The translations under genes were made by a program, and so were the position numbers. Shown here piece by piece: positions 50,860-61,369 of a DNA stretch of 64,000 bases. Under the pieces are notes generated by a model. That model was given only the letters and a program-made list of their open reading frames with translations, searched no databases and was not told the DNA's origin. Source of the DNA: Psammoneis japonica (taxonomy: Eukaryota); the NCBI GenBank assembly GCA_008632985.1, contig QPGO01000053.1, positions 186,001 to 250,000 on the forward strand, written 5' to 3'. Every line of letters starts with the position of its first letter. Within the stretch, counting starts at the first letter, position 1.

Positions 50860-51360
50860 CTCATGATGTTGCCAACCAACCTGACAACAGCAAGCTGGGG
50901 GCACAGGCTGGCAGTCTCTCCCTGGTGCCCCCCCCCCCAGGCAACACTTCAAGAACCATGGTTGAGCAGCAGTGCAGTGTTGATCTTTTGGCATTGCAGC
51001 CCCATGTCACCTTGTCCAGATGGAAGAAGCAGGATTCTTGAACTTCCAAACTCCAAAATGAAAGGATCTCATGATGGTGCCAACTGGCCTGACAACAGCG
51101 GCAAAGCCACAGTGCAAGAAGAACCCCATGTGACAGTGCCGGCTAACCTGACAACAGCAAGCTGAGCGCATTGGTGATGTCTGGCAGGTGGACCCCAGAC
51201 AACAGCTTGAGAACTGTGGCTGAGGATTGCAAGGTTGATCTTGTGGTGTTTTGGCCCCACTTTTCACTCTGTTCCCAACAGCAGCAGACTTGAGTTTCCA
51301 ACCTCCAGAGTGCAAGGTCCCCAAGACAGTGCCAGCCATCCCGACAACAGCAAGCTGAGA
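50860..51360. repeat. Degenerate tandem array with an about 200-bp unit anchored by cctgacaacagcaagctg
   Basis: Motif at about 50880, 51088, 51147 and 51341. Segments 50880-51087 and 51147-51340 are homologous. Confidence 0.65.
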
Positions 51361-52937
51361 AAAATTTCAAGCAAGAATGAACCCTGTGGAGGATTGGCTG
51401 GGATGTGAGTCAGAAATGTGAAACTGCACTCTTTGTTGATTGTTTCACACATGCACAATTTTTGGAGGATTGCACCCTTGTCAAGCTCGCCTGCGGTGAG
51501 TTGTTGAGTGAGACTTCATGGCCCCAACCCCATTGATGACACGGCTGCTGCATTGTGGCATCAGTTGCCTGTGCCAACCTTTGCATGCAGTCTCAATGCC
51601 AAACAAGTTTTCTGTTGCCAAAGTGCCTTGGCTGTAATGGCCACTCATGCAGCCTTGGTCCTGAAGTTGGGTGCGTGGAGAACACCCACCTTTCTTTCCA
51701 ATGAGCAAGTTGGTGCCAGCACTTCAACAAGCACAACATCCAAATGACCCTGTGCAATCTTCTGCAAGAGACAAAACTGGTGCACTCATGCACAGAGCAA
51801 CAAGAAAGAGCTGTGCAAACAGTGTGGACAAAATTTGGTGTTGGCTGGCAGAAATCCAATGCCACAGCTGAAACAGAGTGCAGTGCGCAAGAACGGGCCA
51901 AAACAAAAACACAAAATCAGATCACAGCCATGTTGGCCCCAACAACTTGGCACCCCAAAAAATGTTTGTGGTGCATTTGTTGTCAATTGACAGCTTCAAA
52001 GTGGTGCTGCTGAATGATGAAGCACAGAGATTGACCCACACTGTGGTCCAGGTTGATGTTGAAATTTGTCAAATTGTGATGCAATGACAAGATCAAGTCA
52101 GTCAAGTGGCACTCATTGCAACAGGCAGCACAAATGGCAACAGGGATTGAATGATGACATGGACTTTGTGGGGGCTGCTTGACATTTTGTGAGCTGGGCT
52201 CTGGAGTGCAAATTGACACACTGGGTGGAAGGAAAGGTCTCAAGGAGGAATTTGCAGCTGCGCTGTCTGTTGCAATGGGAGGTTGGTTCAATGAGAAGTT
52301 TGTTTTTTGAAGGGAGAGTCTTTTTCATTGTTGTGAAACATGTGACAAGAACACAGCAGATTGCAGCAACAGGGGTGCTTCATTGTCATGCAAACAGCGG
52401 ATCAGCGGCTGAGTTGTGTGGTGCCCAATGCAGCACGACAAAGAGACAAGTGCAGGAGAGACATGAAAAAATGCAGTGTGGGCAACCAAGCTGAAGCTCC
52501 TCCAAACAAACAAATCAACCCTGAACAAGATGCTGAGAGCCACAAAACAAAACACCGCGTGAGACAAGCCCACGGCCGCTGGAAAAATCAACTGTCAAAA
52601 CCCAGCAAATGATGACTTTGGCAATGCCAGGCCACTTGTGGCTGAAAATGAGCTGGTGAATCAAAACACAACTTTTTCTGGCACACTTCTTTTGCCACCA
52701 TTTCTCAGTTTTTTGCTGTTGGCTTTTTTTTGTTTTCCTTTGCAGCCAGGTCGCCTGTCTTTTGTCCTCGCAGTTCTGCCACACAACCAATCCTTTGTGT
52801 TCTCCAGATGTCAGAAAGCTTTGTCAGAGAGTTGTGTCATGAAACAGTTAAGAACCAATCATTGCGATCTCACGGTGATTGGTTGTGGCTATGAGAGTTG
52901 TGAAACGGCAGAAGCGACGCTCTGCGGGGGGGTGCCG

Positions 52938-53213
52938 TGACAGAAATTGAAGGCAAATGGCAAGAATTCAAACAATGACTCCTTGCTGCTGTCTAAATGG
53001 CAGATGAGTCTCCGCTCAGAGACTGTTGCAGGAGCCGAAAGACGTGCAAGTCGGTGCAATCGGGCTGCTGTCATTGTTCTTGTGAGCCTTGTGACTCGAA
53101 AGCAAACTGCATCGCGCGTGAACGCGCGGAACCAAAGCACACAAAACTGTGCGCGGCAAACTAAACAGCGCGCGACACTTCGCGCGCACCCAAATCCTGT
53201 TCAAATCCTGTCA
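52938..53213 (-). repeat. 3' LTR (hypermutated copy)
   Basis: Aligns without gaps to 59769-60044 at offset 6831; only 2 TA remain. Confidence 0.95.
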
Positions 53214-56200
53214 CTCCCCAGTTTGCTTGAGGAGTCACAGAAACAGATTCGACTTCGGATGGAATGAAGTTCCAGAACATGAGGGGGCGGAGAAGGTCCC
53301 AGATTTGGGAGCAACCCCAATGCTTGCTGAGAATGTCAGCAGGGTTGCGGGAGCCTTCGATGAAGTGGAGCTCAAGGTGGCCAGAGGCAATTGCCTCACG
53401 CACACGGTGGAATGACAGTGCGGTGTGTCGCTTGTGTAACTTGGAGTGCGGGATGGTGGCACTGTCTACAACCGACTTGTTGTCACCGAACATGCAACCA
53501 ACATTGCGGATCGGGACGCCAAGGCAGCGCAGGGTGATGCGCAGGTCGACAATCTGCTCAACACAAGTCCTTGCGGCAACAAATTCAGACCTGCAGGTCG
53601 CAGTCTCCACGGTGGCTGGCTTCTTAGAGAACCAATCAGCTGGGAATTTGTTGAGGAAGTGGAGCATTCCCATGACAGAGCGTCCGGTGAGCATGCAATG
53701 GTGCAAGTTTGCATCGACGCAGTGGGTGGTGGTGACGAACTTGCCAAGGGGCGGTGGAGCGTCCTTCGGGATCATCTCTTCTGCTTCGCCATACACGGAA
53801 TGCATCCATTCACAGGCCGGAGCAGGGAGATCCGAACAGTCGGGCTCTTCCGTGCGAACGCGGAGAGCACCGTGTCGCATCTTGGAGAGGCACCCACAGA
53901 CGCGTTTGGCACGATCCAAGTGGCCCTGACGGGGCGCAGCTCGGAAGCTAGAGAGTGACATGACGGCCGTGGCAATGTCAATTCGACCAAGGGACACTGC
54001 CCATTGGAGTGAACCAACAAGAGACTGGAACTTGTGAATGCCATCGGGTCCCAGCAGTTCGGAAGTGTCCAGTTCGGGGTGGTCACCCTTCTCCAGAGGT
54101 GACAGGGCGTTGGTGGCAGGTTTCTCCCCAAACAGTCGGGTGCAGCTGTCGACCATGCGCTCGATGTACTTGCGCGGAGACAGGCACAAGGTTCCGTCGG
54201 GATCCCGGGAAAAGTCGCAACCCAGATGGAACTCAATGGGTCCCGCACCCTTGAGCTTGAACTTGCACTTTTCCGTGAGAGTGTCGACGAAAGATTGAGG
54301 GTCCTTCATGGCAATGGCGAGGTCATCCACACAAACGGCAATGCATTCACAGTGGTCGCCGTTCCTGCGCATCCAAATGTCGGGTTTGGCGCGGCAGGGG
54401 AAGAAGCCTTCAGCTCGCAGGCAGTCGGCGAAGCGCTCGTGCCAGCGGAGACCGGAGCTGCGCAGTCCACACAGTGCCTTGTGGATGACAAGGATGTGTC
54501 CTTCGAGTTTGCCAAATTCGGGTCCGGCTGCAATGCAAAGCTTCTCCTTGGTGGTGGCTTCAAGGTGGGCATTGCCAATGTCGGTGGCCCATGTCTCCAA
54601 CTCGTTGAGTTCGGCCAGGAAAATCATCAGCCGAAGGCCACGGAGGGAGACTACTCCGGAGCAGACACTGTCGATGGGTACGTCCGTGAGGTGCCCGTCG
54701 GCTGCGAGTCGTGCCTTGTGGCGACCGTCGTGTTTCACGTCGCACACCAGGTGCACTCGGATCTTCTTGTGTCCCGCAGGAGGAGTGGAAGACTTGAAGG
54801 GCCCGCAGTCATGGAAGACTTCGTATTCGTCGAGTTGGTCCATCTCGAGATTAGTTGCGTCTCCCCACTTGCGGTTGCCGTTGCATTCGTCCAGTGACAT
54901 GGCGTGTTTGTAGTTCCGGGGAACTTCGCATCCGCACTTGTAGCGAGGTGCAGTGCGGAAGGAGCGAAGCTTGGCTTGGTTGGCCATGCGAAATAGCTTC
55001 TTTTGGCGCCTCGCGATGGTGCGGAACCGCTTCCAGCCATCCGTGTCGAGGAGTCCGTTCTCTCGTGCGTAGATGGCACAGGTGACGGGGTCGTCCTTGG
55101 CGATGATGGCAAGAGGCTCGGACGTGATCTCCCCACTTTCCCATTCAAGCATGATGTTGTAGCTTGAGCCTTTCCAGGTTGGGTCGTGAGGCTTCAGAGG
55201 TCCTTCGTGTGACACGATGCGTCGAAATTTCCAAATGGTGGTGTCTTCGTCTTCTTGCTCAATGTGATTCATGATGTCATTGCAGGCAAGGACTTCCTCG
55301 CATTCGTCATTGTTGACAGAGCAGACGAACCCAGTGAGCTCAGGATTGCTGTTCACTTTCCATTCGTGGTCTTCGACGGCCTTGACGATGCGAGCTCTGT
55401 GGCGTTGTCCGTCCTCTTGTGGCTGCATGAGGAAGGCACGTCCAATGATGTCTTGTGGATCGAAAACTGGCATCTTGGGTGTCCTGATCTCCCCATCAGG
55501 AGAATCGACGGGGTTGTCGTCATGGCGAGATTTGATGATGGGTTCAGGTGGCTCCCCATCAGGAGGATCAAGACGCAGGTTTTGAACGGCAGGATCGGTG
55601 GCAGCGGAGCGGACGTTGGACCGGCAGAGGATCTTCTGAGTCTCGTCAGATAGAATCTTGAAGGTCATCTGGTGGCCGACGTGCTCAGCAATGCCAACGA
55701 AGCGTCCACGCAACTCACGGGATTCGGACGGCCAATCGGAGTCATCGAGGTGGAAGCACACGGGTTCCCACCAGTGAAAGCGAAGCAATGGGCTGATGTC
55801 CGGGGTGGAGCCAGCGAGAGTCTCGAGGGGCGTGCGCCAGTGGAGACGTGGGGATGCTGTGTGGTTGAGTGTGAAGCACACGCACATGAGCGCCAGCAGC
55901 CATGTGTGGGCGGGCGAACCAAAACGATCCATGACGGTGTTCGCCATGCGCTTCACGGTCTGGTGTCGATGCTCGGCAAAGTTTTGGTGTTGCTGGTGAG
56001 GCTCACTTTGCCAGCTGGAGATGAAGAGGGCGCGTAGGATCCCAAGCACTTTGTTGCTGATCTCAACTTGAGCACGGTCGCTAATGAGTTTGGATGGGGC
56101 ACCACGTTCACGGATCTGATCCTCAAGTGTGTTGACAAACTCTTTGTCCGTCTTAGTGCCGTAGACGTCAGTGACGGTAGACTCGGTGCCAACAAACAGT

Positions 56201-58829
56201 TGGGCGCTGGTGCAACCAAAGTCGATGGCCGGGGTGTCGGCACAAACGGTGTCAGTGGCGACAGGCTCGTTGCAGCAGTGCACATTGAGGGCGGGGTTGG
56301 GTGATTTGTAGGCCTTCCTAAGGTGTGTGCCGGCGGGCATGCGGGCGCACTGCGTGGTGCAGTCAAAAGTACGACGGACCGCATCGGCAGGTGGGAAGCC
56401 AAAGCAAGGCCGAAGAGATGCGAAGGGGGGGTCCTTGGGCTGCACAGTGCGCTCCGGAGGCGGAACGTCATCGTCCTTGGGGTCAATCGCATGTAGATGA
56501 CACTCGTAGAACACGTCGTCGTTCGGAATGAGGTGATCATTGAGGGCGGACGCGTGATCGGCAGACAAGGAAGCGGACATGATGGTCTCGTTGACAACGA
56601 CACGATGGCGGCAGTTGCCGCATTCGTCAAATGGGTTGGCAGTGGGATCGTCCTGCAGGTCAGAGATCGCGTCGCACCACTGGTCGTCGTCAGTGACAGA
56701 GTGATCGAGGACGGAAGGGTCCCATGTGTCATCACCGGTGAGGATGACATGGGGCAGGGTGTCCCATTCGGCATCAGTGTAAGGTCGCATGGCAACATGA
56801 GGCAGGCCGGCCTTGATGTCAATGGGGATGACACAGCCATCAGGAGTGGCAATGCGTTGCAAGCCGTTGGGCACCTTGACAGAGCGATCGTTGAATCCTG
56901 TTTGTGCCATTCGAGCTGGCCGCAGGAATGGATGGTCTTGCCCTTGCCCGTGTGTGCGCACTGATGGAGGATGGCGATGACGGGACCACGCTGGGTCTCA
57001 ATGACGGCACCAGCGGTGACAACAGGGATGTCCACCAATTGATGATCGTCAATGCCCTGAACGTCGACTTGGCGAGAGGTGCGTGCAATGACGCGAACGT
57101 CGTCGCCAGCAATGCCGCCGTTGGCCCCACGATCGACTAGAGCGCCAGTGCGTGTGAAGCGATGAGCAGAGGCAGAGCAAATGACATTGTGGTTGTTGAC
57201 GTGGTGGCAAGTGCGGCCGTTAAGTTCTGTGTCATCTGCAGAAGCTGGCGGGGCAGAGGAAGCGGCGGATGGCCCCGGTCGATTAGCATTGGGGGCTTGG
57301 TTAGGAGACAACAGACGTTGCAGATCACCGGGTGGCAGTGGCTTGCGCTTGGTGAGGTGCACCAGGATGGGATCATCCGAAGTGGCGTCCACATTTGGAG
57401 CGGAGTCACCAGAGTCAGCAGGAGTCGTGTTGGACAAGTTGACATCACCGTCACTCCCAAGGCGTTGGTCGTGAAGGTTGGCCGCAACAGACTCATGGTA
57501 GTTGCTGGCTCGCGGGTTGCGGGGAGGCGGACGAGAATGCTCAAGGATGATCGCCTTGGAGGAATCGGGCAATGAATCCCAGATCCGTTGGTGGTCGGGA
57601 GGGAGACGTCTCCATTGGTCACCGGTGAGGCTGGGACCGCGGGTGCAGGCAGCATTGGCCTGAAGGACGTCAATGTCGCTGTCAATGTCGTAGAACACAT
57701 CGTCGGATGGTTCCTCGGAGCAGACGTCGTGTGCGCACATGGCGCGTCGGGGAGCTCGAGGTGTCGTCTTGGGTTGAAACGCACTGTCATGCTGAGCTGC
57801 CGCGGAGAGGAGCAAGCCACAGTGTTGATCGCATGTGAGGCTCTTGCCACTCTGCGCACGATGCTGATCAGCTTGGTTCTTGACAGCACGGAGTTCCTCG
57901 ACAGGGTGCACGGCATTCTCGAGCATGACGCGCTTCTGTCCTTCAGAGAAGTGGTCACTGGCCGGGATGAGTGCCTCGCACTTGCGCAACTGATCTTGCC
58001 AATGAAGGATGAACCCGTGGGTCAGACCTTTCCAAGTGCCATCACCAAGACGTGCGGTGGCAAGGTGCGTGAGCAGGGTGGAGGACTCGACAGATGCGCG
58101 GGTGGAGGCAAGCACGTGCTCAGACAAGGCGCGGCAGACGGTCTGTGTGTCAGAAGACCCCACATTTTCGCGAATGAGAGCCTTGCCCTTGTCGGTGAGA
58201 AGGATGCGTTCAAAGACGGCGAACATGTGCTTTTGCTGTTCAGCAAAGAGCAGTTTGTCTTCGGGGCTGGTCGGTTTGTACGACGAGTCTAGAGTGCACT
58301 CGATGTCTTGGGCACGGGCTTGTGCCACAAGTGAGGTGTGCCAAGTGTGCCACTGCTTGTCTGATTTGAGAGCCGTGAAAGCGGTGGGATCACGCTTGAT
58401 GCCTCGCTTGAAGTCCCGCACCGGGTCGCGTGCCTTGGTCGGGTTGGTGACATGCGGAGGTGCAAGGGGTGAGCTGCCGATGGACACAGAAGACATGCAG
58501 TCGGGGCTGAGGCGGCAGGCAAGGAACTCGTCATGCGTGAACAAAGAGGAGTCGTTGGCAACGTCAAGACCTTTGTGTGCTTTGACAATGCACAGACCAA
58601 CTAGTGCTGCTAACATGTTCTTATGACCACGGGGCAAAGGGATCACATTGGTGCCGTTGTCGTGCTCAAGCGAGTCAATTTGGGACGGTGTGAACGTGAA
58701 TGGTTCCTGACACGAGTCCGTGCCGTCTTGGGCCAAAGCCAAACGAAGAGGACTCCCAGCACCTTGGGCAAGCACGGTTCCAACAACGTGCTCGAAACCA
58801 TCGGTTTGTTGCTGACGAGTGAGAACCAT
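53161..58829 (-). pseudogene. Copia gag-pol, inactivated by a 1-nt frameshift near 56895 and Tyr->Cys/His hypermutation
   Basis: Protease ALVDRGANGG. Integrase VATDT..ADT, LISDRAQVE, SEPHQQHQNFAE. RT KARLAADGH, DIGNAHL, CVDD. RNase H VDANL, SEFVAAR, GDNKSV, NPADILSK. Frames join as EWHKQD/(V)NDRSVKV. Confidence 0.92.
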
Positions 58830-59768
58830 GGTGGACAAAAGTGGTGTCAGGACAATCAATTCTGGTTGGGAAGCGAAGGTAGACTCGAAACTTGGGTGAG
58901 AATGGACTTGACTTGAAATGGACTTGACTTGAAATCTTGAACTATCTTAAAATCAGAAGTCGCCGGGCTTTGCTGTCCCGTTCGTTGTCAAGTGCTAAAC
59001 TTCCCATCCGGTCCGCAGAGTTGTGCCGGCACGTCCGAACCCGCAGCTGGCGGTGCTTTGGGTTGCTTGCGAGCGGAGTGGCAGGTTGTAAACCCCTGCA
59101 GGCAAGCTGACTAGAGGTGGACAAGACCCCCAAACCGTTCTTATTTTGTGTCGGTTGGATTTCCCGATCAGGCTGGCCAGTTGACGCAGGCGTCAGGCGC
59201 TGTGGACGAACGAACAAACGCGGGAAAGCACCCTCGCCCCAATGCAGGCTGCAATCACGGCTGCTTGCTCTCACAGTCATCCTCGTGGACCTGGTGGAAC
59301 TGTAGAGCACCAGTGGTCTGGGGTAGATCAGGCACAATGGACTCGGTGTGCTTGTAGAGTGGCAGCAAAACCGCAGTCCGAAGAGTGGGTAAAGGTTCTT
59401 GGCCGTGAAGATGTGTGTGTGCACACATGTCTTCAGCGACTAAGATCCTTGAATGTGCAGGGTTCTTGACCGTCAACCGAGGAACAGGCACATCAAGGGA
59501 TGTTGATCAAGGATGGACTTGGATGTGACCGTTGAATGCATGTCTTCAGCGATCAAAGGTGGCACAATCAATCCAGATGTCCAGCGGCAAGGAGACTTGA
59601 CGGTGACGTTAACTTCCTGCCGATGCCCTGGCATTGAATGTGCGCAGACTTGCCGATGTATGTAGGACATATACGGAGGTCCACGTAGGATTGAAATAGC
59701 GTTGTTGGTAAATCAACGACGATGATGGCGGTTGCTCAATGGGTTGACAATGAGCAAGACTGTCAATC

Positions 59769-60044
59769 AGACAGAAATTGAAGGCAAATGGCAAGAATTC
59801 AAACAATAACTCCTTACTGCTGTCTAAATAGCAGATGAGTCTCCGCTCAGAGACCGTTACAGGAGCCGAAAGACGTGTAAGTCGGTATAATCGGGCTACT
59901 GTTGTTATTCTTGTGAGCCTTGTGACTCGAAAGCAAACTACATCGCGCGTGAACGCGCGGAACTAAAGCACACAAAACTGTGCGCGGTAAACTAAACAGC
60001 GCGCGATACTTCGCGCGCACCCAAATCCTGTTCAAATCCTGTCA
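59769..60044 (-). repeat. 5' LTR (largely unmutated copy)
   Basis: Aligns to 52938-53213 and retains 15 TA dinucleotides. Confidence 0.95.
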
Positions 60045-60838
60045 TGCCGCGCCGGGAGGCGAGGGGTGTCGTTGTCCGTTCGTCTAACCCGCGTGTGTGA
60101 TGTCCCCTTCCTTTCCGTCAAGTACCTGGCTGTGTGACTTCGCGGAGACAGCGATTGTTGGTCGTGAGTTGAACTTGTCCACGTGGCGCGAGAAGAGTAA
60201 GTCGGTCACCGCGAAAGATTAGGACTATGTACCGCGTGTCGTTCAATTGTCGTACAACCGTCGTAGGAAGGACACAAGATCGATTGCTGTTCTGTTCTCC
60301 CGTATTCTTCTGAGGCGGGAGCCGTTACAAGGTGTCATATCGGTTTTAAGGTCTCTGAATAATTGTTTGAAATTTTCGCGCCAAAAGTAACCGCTGTGAC
60401 ATGGACCCATAAATCCGGTTTACGCCGGCCTCGTAAAATTGCACCCCTGGCTGCAAAAATTGAAGCTCGTCACCACCCTTCACGATTGACCCGACCCAGT
60501 CGCACTTTTGCGTCCTACCAAAAGACCGTAGGATTGAACGAATGTGTTCTTTGTCATTGGAACGCTTTCCGCTTCTCATCGGCTCAGCAGGTTTCAACGT
60601 TGGTTGGATGCCAGAGGTGCCGTCGATCATATTTTGCGAACACTGCATGTCAGAACACTATTACCGTCTTGGGTCAAGTAGAATTCGAGAACACTGACTG
60701 TCAGAAAGGTTGCCATAAAAAGTAGGAAGCAAGTGAATGTAACAGAACTCCTTTTGTTGCATTGAAACTGCTAGTCGAGAAGCTGCAAAGATAGCCCTAC
60801 CCATACAAGCACGACACAAGCAACCGCGATTAAACATC

Positions 60839-61261
60839 ATGGTTCGATTCGAGCTAAAGCCACGCGACTACAAGATCGACAGAACGGCTCCAACCATGAC
60901 GACCAGTCAAGACATCAAAAATAATCAAGAAGAAGACTTTCCTTTTGTTCTGACAGTCCCTCAGAAGGAAGATTGGTTCTTCCTGCAGACTCCCCAAGAA
61001 GTGGGCCGACGAAAGAAAGTGATCCCCATCAAGAGAAGGCGAAGAACACCATTTTTGTTACCAAGATCTTCACTGACTTTTTTGCAAACACGTTCAATGC
61101 GAACACTACAGCAACCACACATAATACAGCCACAACGAAACATCATTCCAATCGAGAGTGACGAGGATGAATTCAACGATTTCCAAGAAGAGCAACGACC
61201 AACACCAGTAGCTTCACCACCCCCGCTCTACTTTACACCTGTGGCCACCACCACAAGTTGA
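60839..61261 (+). CDS. Small hypothetical protein
   Basis: 140-aa ATG-initiated ORF converging on eIF2B-delta. No recognised domain. Confidence 0.45.
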   Translation: MVRFELKPRDYKIDRTAPTMTTSQDIKNNQEEDFPFVLTVPQKEDWFFLQTPQEVGRRKKVIPIKRRRRTPFLLPRSSLTFLQTRSMRTLQQPHIIQPQRNIIPIESDEDEFNDFQEEQRPTPVASPPPLYFTPVATTTS

Positions 61262-61369
61262 GCGAGCCTCGCTGTGTAGCCAGCACGGCCTAGATTTACA
61301 AAATTTCGCAAGAGAAATTTTAAGTTAATAAACCACACAATACTGCATCATAACTATCTAATCCCGTCT

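Larger units (their letters stand above)
39075..59650. mobile_element. Island 2: TpA-depleted domain with decayed genes, a MITE-like element, repeats and most of a copia element
   Basis: TA nearly disappears after about 39072 and returns at about 59650. ORFs are Tyr-poor and Cys/His-rich. Confidence 0.85.
52938..60044 (-). mobile_element. Full-length Ty1/copia LTR retrotransposon (diatom CoDi-type), 7107 bp, TSD TGCCG
   Basis: Outer termini TGACA...TGTCA. TGCCG at 52933-52937 and 60045-60049. Two 276-bp LTRs. PPT-like TGGGGAG (minus strand, 53220-53214). Domain order gag-PR-IN-RT-RH. Confidence 0.95.

Noticed and set aside
50860..51360. CRISPR-like array
   Set aside because: Spacing is irregular, the spacers are homologous to each other, the context is eukaryotic and there are no cas genes.
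52938..53213. Ordinary 5mC deamination or GC-biased drift as the whole explanation
   Set aside because: CpGs are almost all intact in this LTR, and no A/T outside TpA clearly changed to G/C.
58901..58932. 16-bp tandem repeat in the copia 5' UTR
   Set aside because: Real but trivial slippage-type duplication with no evident function.
52938..59650. ADAR-type editing of the retrotransposon RNA, or RT error
   Set aside because: Changes occur on both strands (8 A->G, 5 T->C), differ between the LTRs, and also affect a DNA transposon relic, an intron and a host-type gene.
39075..59650. Foreign DNA with an alternative genetic code, or a contaminant
   Set aside because: TA loss also covers non-coding LTR and intron sequence, Tyr is replaced by two different residues, and the contents are diatom-type elements. 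A platform artefact is not fully excluded without reads.
59769..60044. Classical RIP (CA/TG->TA) acting on the 5' LTR
   Set aside because: The LTR pair alone is ambiguous in direction. However, loss of invariant Tyr in pol, the decayed splice sites and island-wide TA absence show that TA is the ancestral state.
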